Source: Heteronotia binoei (Eukaryota). From it: a stretch of DNA of 64,000 bases. The translations under genes were made by a program, and so were the position numbers. Numbering within the stretch: position 1 is the first letter of the stretch; the number at the start of each line of letters is the position of its first letter. The DNA lies in assembly GCF_032191835.1 (NCBI RefSeq), contig NC_083229.1, positions 12,772,001 through 12,836,000 of the forward strand. The letters are read 5' to 3'. Shown piece after piece: positions 22,038 through 31,322 of this stretch. A model generated the notes under the pieces. It saw only the letters and a list, made by a program, of their open reading frames with translations, searched no databases and was not told the origin of the DNA.

Positions 22038-23051
22038 TCATAACTGGGTTTCAGCTGGGGTTTCCTCAGTACAGCTTTTTTCCTCCTTGAAAACCTTCTG
22101 GAGGATCACCCTCATGCTCTCCCTGTGTCTAGACTTCCATGGTCTCCCAACCAGGAAATAAATGAATGGGTTGACACTGCTATTTAAACAGTCTAATAGA
22201 GCTGGAATAGATGCCATATATTCTGGTAAATAATCAAAATAAGCGAGGATGAAAATGACATTTGCTGGAAAAGTAAAGAGGAGGAAGAAGAGAAGAGTGA
22301 GCAAGACAATGGTCAAAAGCCTTCCCCTTCGACGCTGTTGTTCTTTCAACCACACTTTGATGAATAGGGACACTGTGGCAATTGTCATGACCGGGAGGCA
22401 AAGCACAACATTCACAATAAACTGGTAGAAGTTTTCAATTGGTTGTTCGTTTGTATTAAAAAATGCGAGAGTGATGGTAATTGCAGTAAGCAAGACAGAG
22501 AGGACCCATATGAGCGCACAGACAATGGAGGACAAATGCTGGGGCCGCTTGCATTGATGCCAAAGTGGGAAGAAGACGGCCACACACCTGTCAATGCTGA
22601 TGGCCACCATGAGGAAAAGACTAGCACTGTTCATTAATATGGCCAGGAAAAAGAATGGTAAAAAAATAAATCTAAGCCACAAGGAAAGAAGCTGAACCAA
22701 AAGTGATAGGAGGCCCCCAAAATCAGCGACAGCCAAGTTCAGGATGTAGGTCATGAAAGGATTCCTTTTAATGCGGAAGCCAAGAAGCCAGATGACCATT
22801 CCATTCCCCACTGCTCCAAAAATGGAGATGACCAATGCAATGATATCAATAACATTTGCAATATGAATTTCAAAACTCTCTTCTCTTCCATTATCAGAGG
22901 AGCTATGAGATGGAATGCCTTCTGAAATATTATCATTTTCACTGACACTTGGGGAAAAAAAGTAAGTATAATTAGAGTTATTAAAATTTTCCAGGACTGC
23001 ATCCATCATGAAAAGAGTTGTCATTGAGGTTGGTTGCGATGCTTGGCGCAT
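22038..23051 (-). CDS. MAS-related GPCR G2 (A type), 337 aa; likely start MMDAV at 23009/23006
   Basis: Same family motifs as G1; in-frame TAA upstream of the first ATG within the exon. Confidence 0.95.
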   Translation of the reverse strand: MRQASQPTSMTTLFMMDAVLENFNNSNYTYFFSPSVSENDNISEGIPSHSSSDNGREESFEIHIANVIDIIALVISIFGAVGNGMVIWLLGFRIKRNPFMTYILNLAVADFGGLLSLLVQLLSLWLRFIFLPFFFLAILMNSASLFLMVAISIDRCVAVFFPLWHQCKRPQHLSSIVCALIWVLSVLLTAITITLAFFNTNEQPIENFYQFIVNVVLCLPVMTIATVSLFIKVWLKEQQRRRGRLLTIVLLTLLFFLLFTFPANVIFILAYFDYLPEYMASIPALLDCLNSSVNPFIYFLVGRPWKSRHRESMRVILQKVFKEEKSCTEETPAETQL

Positions 23052-23203
23052 TCTTGTTTTCAGTTCTTGCCTTTACACTTCGCCTAGGAGAAAGGAAACG
23101 GGAGGATTCAGATCTTGTTTTGTGACTAAACAGCTGAGGTTTTCAGCGTGAGTTCATTCTATTTGACAATGAGTTACTAGTGAGGTTAATTTCATAGAAT
23201 CAA

Positions 23204-23463
23204 AGACCGATCTCGCACTCACCGGAAGCCGCTCTCACGTCCGTCTTCTCAGCGCGGCTTCCTTTCGATTTCCCACGATCTGCCCCGGGGCTGCAGCAAG
23301 GATCGGCGTTTTCGCACAGCAAAGAGAAACCGCTAAAAACCAGTTTCTCTTTGCTGCATGAAAACTCTGACGCTTGCTGTAACCCCGGGGCAGATAGTGG
23401 GAAGGAAGCTGCGCTGAGAAGACAAACGTGAGAGCGGCTTCCGGTGAGTGTGAAATCGGTCCT
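23204..23463. mobile_element. CpG-rich palindromic MITE (PIF/Harbinger-like ends) in the intron; paralogs 31524-31783, 42285-42544, 50804-51063, 61592-61851
   Basis: Arms agaccgatctcgcactcaccggaagccgctctcacgt / acgtgagagcggcttccggtgagtgtgaaatcggtcct; inserted in a CR1 tail; absent from the G1 unit. Confidence 0.75.
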
Positions 23464-23695
23464 GGAGTTGAAAGGGGTCCTACAAGCCCTGTAGTCCAAT
23501 CAATGCAGAATCTGCCTAAAGCATCCCAGTCAAGGGTTTGTTCAGCTGCTGCTTGAAGCCTGCCCATGAGGGGAGCCCGCCTCCCTATGCAGCTGATTCT
23601 ACTGCTGAACTGCTCTTTCTGAACCCCCCCCCCCAAATATCCATCCATGCATAATTTAAACCCATTATTTTGAGTCCTGTCATCTGCTGCTAACA

Positions 23696-24280
23696 TAGGC
23701 TTGCCAATCCCCAGGTGCCAGAGGGGGTCTCCCGCTTTTGCTTCCCGCTCCCAGTCAGCTGGCCGGCGGGGGGAAGCCCCACCCTCAGCTACCATGTGCC
23801 TTTCCACCTCCCGAGGCTTCCTCTTGGGATGGTGTGTCTGTGTCTTTAAGGCTGAACGGGGGCGGGGGGAGCAGGCAGAACAACACGGCTGCTTCCAGTG
23901 CTTGTGAAAGCAGCCCAGAACCTCTGTTGGTAGCACAATCTTTTCAGAGGTCGTTTGCATAGGAAAGGTAAACTTGAACCTTTGGTTGCTCTGTCTCTTT
24001 GAAGAAGTTGTAAGTTCAGCAACTCAAGAGTAGTGATGCCTATTCCCAGGTGGGAGCAGGCCCTCCCCTGCTTCAGAGTCATCAAAAAATGGGGGGGGGG
24101 GGGAGGGAGGGAAACGAATGCCGGGCACTTCATTATTCCCTATGGAGATCGATTCCCATAGGGTTTAATAGCGAACTGATCTGGGGGTATCTGTTTCTTG
24201 AGGTTGTTTCTTGAGGTAGAAGGGGTTGTTTCTTGAGGTAGAAGCACCACATTTTCAGCATTGCATCTGATGACTCTTCT
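23696..24280. mobile_element. Non-autonomous hAT element, right end deleted (paralogs in all A and B units)
   Basis: Starts taggcttgccaatcccc, preceded by tgctaaca; no right TIR. Confidence 0.75.
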
Positions 24281-24314
24281 CAATTTTCAGAGTCATATAT
24301 GTTAAAGCTGTCTG

Positions 24315-24510
24315 CACCTGGATGGCCAAGGCTCACCCAATCTCACGAAATCTTGGCTTCTAAGTGGGATTGGGCCTCAGTAGTACATGGTTGGGAGATC
24401 ACCAAGGAAATCCATGGTTGTGCCACAGAAGCAAGCAAAGGCAAACCACCTCCAAGCATTTTTTGCCTGGAAAACATGCAAGAGTCACTGTAAGTCAGCT
24501 ACACTTTCCA
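24315..24510 (+). mobile_element. 5S rRNA-derived SINE (paralogs ~32614, 43396, 51895; tail only at ~63422)
   Basis: gctcacccaatctc...tctaagtgggattgggcctcagtagtacatggttgggagatcacc aligns by eye to 5S rRNA; ggcaaaccacctc...gtcactgtaagtcagct tail. Confidence 0.7.
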
Positions 24511-25616
24511 TCTCCATAAGTTAAAGTGAACATTTATCCATGTAGCTATCCAATACTCTGGACAGAGTCTACCTCCCTGGTTTCCTTTCTCTGTGGCTGA
24601 ATAAATTCTCAGAATTGCTCACTCACCTCTTCCCCTTTTCAGAAGCTTGGTCGCTATGATTTTATCCTTCCCTCTTGCTTGCTGTCCCCGCAATCAAGGC
24701 TTCAGGACCTGCTTAAAGGGGATCACATCAGAGATCAGAGTCCAGAGATCACATCAAACACAAATATTGGCATCTGACTAAGGAACTCACAACGCACATA
24801 CAAAATATAAATGTTTCAAGCGGAGGCACGTGACAAAAGGAGTGGAAAGGAAGAAGCAGAGTACAGACAACAGAAAGAAGCAAGGGAGGAACAGGAGCAG
24901 ATAAATCTAGAAACGGTAGGGCTTCGTTTTGCTTCCTATAAGGACTAATGGGTTGAAGCTGAGGAACTTACAGGACGTGAAATCCAGTTTGGTGTAGTTG
25001 TTAAGGGTGTAGATTCTTATCTGGGAGAAATGGGTTTGATGCCCCACTCCTCCACTTGCAGTTGCTGGAATGGCCTTGGGTCAGCCATAGCTCTGGCAGA
25101 GGTTGTCCTTGAAAGGGCAGCTGCTGTGAGAGCTCTCTCAGCCCCATCCACCTCATAGGGTGTCTGTTGTGGGGTAAGAAGTTAAAGGAGATTGTAAGCC
25201 GCTCTGAGTCTCTGATTCAGAAATCTGCAGTAGTCATTGTTGTGTACACTCGGGGGGAAAGGGTAAAAAAAGAAAAGAAAAAGGAACATGTAGAGCACCC
25301 AAGGAGATGAATTCAGCAACATAAAGGGATTGCATGCAGAGTCTTACCTTCTCCACCAGATATTCGAAAGAAACTGGACACAGCCTTTTACTAGGGACGG
25401 AGGCTAATAATGTTCTAACCCCACACACAACAGTCTGGTATATCTCCCACAGAGCAGCAGAAATACTCTTAAGTTACCCCTCCACCCCAACCCCCCCAAA
25501 AAAGCCTACCAAACAGAATGAACAACTCACCAGTGATCCGTATCAGGCAGTCTGCCGAATCTAAGTCATCGATAGGGATGTGCTTATTCTGCCCAGGATT
25601 CCCTGGCTGCTCCTAT

Positions 25617-26460
25617 CTACAGGTCCAGGTTTACTGGTTGTTTCTTGAGTCTTCTTGATCTGAGAAGTGAAAGCAGTCCTTCTGTTGTTATCATTGACTT
25701 AGATAATTCTGAGAAAGTTGCAGGGTCTGAACATTCAGGACTATCACAAGGAGAATTCACAGCCCCGTCATGGGACTCTGATTCCACGCAAGCTATGATT
25801 GCTGTGGAAGAACCCACCTCAAGTACACCATTCCACCCAGTAGACACCTCTCTATCCTTGAACTCAGGTTGTCCTGAAGAAGCTTCTAGGACTTCCTGGG
25901 TCTCAGTGAGAGACAGAAGATGGTCTACATGGCATCTCCATCATGTTCTTTCCTCTGGACTGAAGAAAATTTCCCCATCAAGCATTAGTCACATCTCCAA
26001 AAATGCACCTGTCTGAGAAATCGTTTCAGAGGGAAGCCATGTTGGTCTGCAAGAGAACAGTTATATTCAGGTCTGATAACATCTTAGAGACGAACAAGAC
26101 TTCAGGGTTTAAGCTTTAAAGACTCAAAGATCCCTTCATTGTAAGGAATAGTTTTTTCTTCTGGCAGCGTGGCTGTAGTACAGATGGACCATCTTGATGC
26201 ACGGCCCGTAAATGCATAAACGGAACCCATTAGAGATGGGCAAAACCTATTATTCCACAGGTTGCCATAAAAAGTCCTTAAGTGTGGAGGAAATGGATTC
26301 TCGGATTTCATGTCTTGTGAGACATCCCATCCCTGAAAAAGGAACTTGCAAGAAATTCCCAACAAGGTTTGGAAGTGGAGGATCATAACAAATGTAATGG
26401 AAATTGAGGGGTGGGCTTTTTTTGCAAACTGCATGGAACCTGCAAGGGAAGTACGGAAGT
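25617..26460 (-). mobile_element. Decayed Gypsy/Ty3 pol C-terminus (paralogs 33936-34770, 44966-45810, 53217-54050)
   Basis: Minus frames give GSVYAFTGRASRW, WRCHVDHLL and LRSRRLKKQPVNLDL*. Confidence 0.55.
26022..26145 (+). mobile_element. Penelope-like element terminal fragment within the Gypsy remnant (present in all units)
   Basis: cagagggaagccatgttggtctgc...ttagagacgaacaag...aagctttaaagactcaaagatccc resembles the common squamate Penelope terminal repeat. Confidence 0.5.
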
Positions 26461-26524
26461 GAATGCATTTAGGAAGAGTTAGACTTCATTTTGCATAGAA
26501 TGAGGACTATCCCTGTTTACTCTA

Positions 26525-27192
26525 ACCGATTTCACACTATGCTTGTTCCAGGATGGAGAGCCCTTTTGCTACTGGGGCTTCTCTCTGTTTTTGCACAAAT
26601 TGCCCCGGAGCTGCGAGTTGGCATGCTGCTATTCTGCAGCAAGCGGATACGCTGATAAATGTATTCCACTTGCTGCAGAATAGAGGCACACCAACTTGCA
26701 GCTCCAGAGCCAGTTTTGTGTAGTGGTTAAGTGTGCGGACTCTTATCTGGGAGAACCGGGTTTGATTCCCCACTCCTCCATTTGCACCTGCTGGAATGGC
26801 CTTGGGTCAGCCATAGCTCTCATAGACCTTCTTCCCCTGTAGTAGTTAAGTGTGCAGACTTTTATCTGGGAGAACCGGGTTTGATTCCCCACTCCTCCAC
26901 TTGCACCTGCTGGAATGGCCTTGGGTCAGCCATAGCTCTGGCAGATGTTGTCCTTGAAAGGGCAGCTGCTGTGAGAGCCCTCTCAGCCCCACCCTCCTCA
27001 CAGGGTGTCTGTTGTAGGGGAGGAAGATAAAGGAGATTGTGAGGCACTCTGAGACTCTGAGTGAAGGGTGGAATATAAATCCAATGTCAACTTCTTTTTC
27101 TTCTTCTAGGGCAATTTGTGCAACAATAGAAAGAAGCCCCGGTAGCAAAAGGGCTCTCCACCCCAGAACAAGCATAGTGAAAAACTGGTTCC
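26525..27192. mobile_element. Palindromic Harbinger-like MITE split by a Squam3-like SINE (26703-27108)
   Basis: Left arm cacactatgcttgttccaggatggagagcccttttgctac pairs with right arm gtagcaaaagggctctccaccccagaacaagcatagtg. Confidence 0.7.
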
Positions 27193-27361
27193 AGGTTTAC
27201 CATAAAACGCAAGGACTGAACAGTATATTTTAACTTAGAAAGAAAAGGTTGAAGAAAAAAGACCGGAAAGAATTATTGAAAACAAAGAAAAAGCTTCTAG
27301 CGTCTACCTTTTCCCAGTCCAAACCCCGTCTCAAAATAGATGAAAAGATACTTCAGACATT

Positions 27362-27647
27362 GGGCGTTTTCGCACTGACCTTATTCCGGAGCGACGTCTC
27401 TCTTCACCGCGCAGCTTCTGTGCGGATTTTGCACTAATTGCTCCGCAGAACCCGGAAGAGCCGCAAAGTCCTCCAGCTTTTGCGTCGCATATGTAAACTG
27501 CCAAAAACCAGTTTACATTTGCGATGCAAAAGCCGTGGGACTTTGCGGCTCTTCCGGGTTCTGCGGAGCAATTAGTGCGAAATCCGCGCAGACGCTGCGC
27601 AGTGAAGAGGGACGTCGCTCCGGATTAAGGTCAGTGCGACAACGCCC
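27362..27647. mobile_element. Young palindromic PIF/Harbinger-like MITE, A-unit specific (copy 2 at 46711-46996)
   Basis: Near-perfect ~135-bp arms, gggcg...cgccc ends, 3-bp TSD att; empty site cagacattct in B units (~39010). Confidence 0.85.
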
Positions 27648-27659
27648 ATTCTGTTCAAA

Positions 27660-28020
27660 ATTTAGAAAAATTTTAATGAACACTTTTCTGAATTTAAGGG
27701 AATCTGTTCATCCAATGCTGAGCATCCAACCCCAACTAGAGAACAACTAAGAGAGACTTGGAAAAGAAACTTCAGATATTCCCTTCAGAATTTTGAGATC
27801 TTGGTCTTGATCACTTTTTTGATTTTAAAGGAGTTTGTCCATCCAGTGCTGAGCAACCAACCCCAGCTAGAGAACAACTAAGAGAGACTTGAAAGGAAAC
27901 TTCAGATATTCCCTTCAGAATTTTGAGATCTTGGTCTTGATCACTTTTTTGATTTTAAAGGAATTTGTCCAACCAGTACTGATTATCCAACCCCAGCTAG
28001 AGAACGACCAAGAGATACTT
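27660..28020. repeat. ~125-bp tandem repeat (3 copies in A units, 2 in B and G1 units)
   Basis: Recurring gatcacttttt.gattttaaagga...ccaacccca.ctagagaac unit. Confidence 0.8.
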
Positions 28021-29634
28021 GACTTGATTCAACAGGGTGGGGCACAGAGTCTACATCCAAATGCACTGACCAGATACCCAGGAAGGAGCATCCATTAAAA
28101 ATAGGAAATTCTGCAGTTCTCCCAAGATGTTCTTGAAAGCCCTTATGAGGGGAGGAAATTGCATCTAAGATCTTATGTCTCAAGGGAAAGTTGCTTTTTG
28201 CATTGGTAAACAGTGCAAAGGTATTTTCAAGCGATTGTCTGGGAGTCTAATGGAGATCTTGGGAGAATGGAGATCTTGGGAGTTCCATTTTTCTTTCTGT
28301 GCTCTAAAATGGATGATTTGTGGCATATTAATCTGATGTTCTTAACTCAAAGTTTTAAATCTATTGGCGCTGAACAGCTATGAGCACAGATCCTAAGTTC
28401 CTCGTGAACGCACAGCATCATCTCTTTTACCTTTTAAAGTGCCCAACTCCTGTTCAGTGACGATAGATTAAGGGTTGGAACTTATTTTGGCCCCCATAGC
28501 CCAAGAGGTGATTTGCGTGATCAAAGCTGAAAACGCCGTTCTTTTCTTTGACCTTATTGACCCCAGGTGAATCTACTCGGTTAAGACAACAGTATACCCT
28601 TTCCTAGAACAAAGTTTGAGTCCAACAAAGTTTTATTCAAGGTTCCAAAAGAAGTCATGCACAACTCACACATGGTCAATCAATTATTTTGCACAGGCAA
28701 TGCATCAGTGGAAAATACAGACAAAAAGATAACACACATTAAAAAAAATGATCAACCAATTCAGTAAGGAGTGACAATAACAGGGATGTTAGCTAAGATG
28801 TAAATGTTAGATATCCATGATGGAGACTGTCAATAGCCAGGGCATATATGGTTAGTTCCTTTGCATAATAAAATTGTACACATCCAATATAGATTGGTGA
28901 TGATTTTGCATCCCTGGTGGTACAGTGCAGAAATGTAGATAAAAGGAATTCTATAAAGGTTTAAGAAGAAGAGGAGGAGGAGGAGGTTTTATACCCTGCC
29001 CTCCACTATCTGAAGAAGAATTAGTTTTATACTCTGCCCTTCACTACCTGAGAGAGTTTCAAAGCAGCTTCTCAGAGTTGTTACAATTACCTCCCCTTCC
29101 TCTCCCCACAAGCGGCACCTTGTTGAGTAGGTGGGGGTGAGAGACCTCTGAGAGAACTGTGACTGACCCAAAGTCACCCAGCTGGCTTCATGTGGAAGAG
29201 GAGTGGGGAATCAAGCCTGGTTCTCCAGATTAGAGTGCTGCCACTCTTAACCACTACACCAAACTGGTTCTCTTTGGGACTGGTCCTACATGTAGCTCTA
29301 GCCACAAAAGACGTGTGAGAGTTTGCCCATTATTTTTTGTACTGTAGCAGTTGAATCTATGGTCACCTATTTTCCTCAGTGGGACTGTAAGCTTCTAGAA
29401 GCAGACTTCAGTGGTGAGGCTCAAGTCTGACATCTCAGCCTCTATTTTTAAAAAGAGTTTCATCTCAAAAAGCACCTTATGGAACAGAACTTTTCTACAT
29501 GGCCGCAGGAGGATTGCTTGTTTGAAGAATTGATTGTTAGCCACCCTGAGTCCGCTTGCGGATAGGGCGAGGTATAAATTAAAGGTAATAATAATAATAA
29601 TAACTCAGAGAGAGGAATACATTTTGGTTTCATG

Positions 29635-30125
29635 GTTTAGAGGCCAAACTAAAAACAACTAGAGAACAGGCCTTCTCTATAAAAGCACCCCAATGGTGGA
29701 ACCAGCTGCCGGAAGAGGTGCGGGCCCTGCGGGATCTTGGCCAATTCCGTAGGGCCTGCAAAACCGCCCTCTTCCGGCTAGCCTTCTAAGATGGAGCTTG
29801 GAATAAACATCACACCATCATTAATATAACTGAGATAGTAGCACTGTTAGATTATATTTTTAGGCTGTTTTTATATTATTTAAATACTTAATTGTTAACT
29901 GTATTGAACTGTATAATCTTGTTTTATTGTTTTAATATGGCTCTTGCCATGTCCTGTAAGCCGCCCTGAGCCTGCCTCAGCGAGGANNNNNNNNNNNNNN
30001 NNNNNNNNNNNNNNNNNNNNNNNNNNNNNNNNNNNNNNNNNNNNNNNNNNNNNNNNNNNNNNNNNNNNNNNNNNNNNNNNNNNNNNNNNNNNNNNNNNNN
30101 NNNNNNNNNNNNNNNNNNNNNNNNN
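29635..30125 (+). mobile_element. L2 LINE 3' fragment downstream of G3 (tail inside the N gap 29987-30125)
   Basis: Encodes RAFSIKAPQWWNQLPEEVRALRDLGQFRRACKTALFRL-like sequence; gtaagccgccctgagcc tail. Confidence 0.75.
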
Positions 30126-30359
30126 AGGATTGCCAAAGAGCCCTTGTGTAGTTGGAACCCTTTTCCTTCTGGTTGCAGTGGTATGTGTCTTCTTCAAAGG
30201 ATGTCAGGCACTGTCCAAAGAAGGAGATTTCATTTTAAAAAGATGTTGCAACAGCATGTGTCCTAACCATACCTTTTTTTTTTTAAATGCATGTTACAAT
30301 TGAAAACCATAGTGGACTTTGCCTGTCAAAGGAAGAAGCATTTGGCTCTTGGAATGGCT

Positions 30360-31322
30360 TCATAACTGGGTTTCAGCTGGGGTTTCCTCAGTACAGCTTT
30401 TTTCCTCCTTGAAAACCTTCTGGAGGATCACCCTCATGCTCTCCCTGCGTCTAGACTTCCATGGTCTCCCAACCAGGAAATAAATGAATGGGTTGACACT
30501 GCTATTTAAACAGTCTAATAGAGCTGGAACAGATGCCATATATATCGGTAAATAATCAAAATAAGCGAGGATGAAGATGACATTTGCTGGAAAAGTAAAG
30601 AGGAGGAAGAAGAGAAGAGTGAGCAAGACAATGGTCAAAAGCCTTCCCCTTCGACGCTGTTGTTCTTTCAAACACACTTTGATGAATAGGGACACAGTGG
30701 CAATTGTCATGACCAGGAGGCAAAGCACAACATTCACAATAAACTGGTAGAAGTTTTCAATTGGTTGTTCGTTTGTATTAAAAAATGCGAGAGTGATGGT
30801 AATTGCAGTAAGCAAGACAGAGAGGACCCATATGAGTGCACATACAATGGTGGACAAACGCGGGGGCCGCTTGCATTGATGCCAAAGTGGGAAGAAGACG
30901 GCCACACACCTGTCAATGCTGATGGCCGCCATGAGGAAAAGACTAGCACTGTTCATTAATATGGCCAGGAAAAAGAATGGTAAAAAAATAAATCTAATCA
31001 AGGAAAGAATCTGAACCAAAAGTGATAGGAGGCCCCCAAAATCAGCGACAGCCAAGTTCAGGATGTAGGTCATGAAAGGATTCCTTTTAATGCGGAAGCC
31101 AAGAAGCCAGATGACAATTCCATTCCCCACTGCTCCAAAAATGGAGATGACCAATGCAATGATATCAATAACTTTTGCAATATGAATTTCAAAACTCTCT
31201 TCTCTTCCATTATCAGAGGAGCTATGAGATGGAATGCCTTCTGAAATATTATCATTTTCACTGACACTTGGGGAAAAAAAAGTAAGTATAATTAGAGTTA
31301 TTAAAATTTTCCAGGACTGCAT
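30360..31322 (-). CDS. MAS-related GPCR G3 (B type), 320 aa; canonical start frameshifted, ORF opens from an alternative ATG (MQSW); P5.50L
   Basis: A8 run at 31274-31281 versus A7 in G2/G4; intact 7TM body; could be a pseudogene. Confidence 0.75.
   Translation of the reverse strand: MQSWKILITLIILTFFSPSVSENDNISEGIPSHSSSDNGREESFEIHIAKVIDIIALVISIFGAVGNGIVIWLLGFRIKRNPFMTYILNLAVADFGGLLSLLVQILSLIRFIFLPFFFLAILMNSASLFLMAAISIDRCVAVFFPLWHQCKRPPRLSTIVCALIWVLSVLLTAITITLAFFNTNEQPIENFYQFIVNVVLCLLVMTIATVSLFIKVCLKEQQRRRGRLLTIVLLTLLFFLLFTFPANVIFILAYFDYLPIYMASVPALLDCLNSSVNPFIYFLVGRPWKSRRRESMRVILQKVFKEEKSCTEETPAETQL

Noticed and set aside
23235-23960. 241-aa ORF and overlapping 99-aa ORF upstream of G2/G4
   Set aside because: They run through hAT, CR1-tail and GC-rich MITE sequence, and are broken in the B and C paralogs.
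24315-24420. 5S rRNA-like sequence
   Set aside because: Heavily diverged, lacks intact 5S ends and is fused to a retroposon tail; a SINE, not an rRNA gene.
25645-26016. 123-aa plus-strand ORF recurring in four units
   Set aside because: TTG-started antisense shadow of the Gypsy remnant; recurrence reflects recent duplication, not selection.
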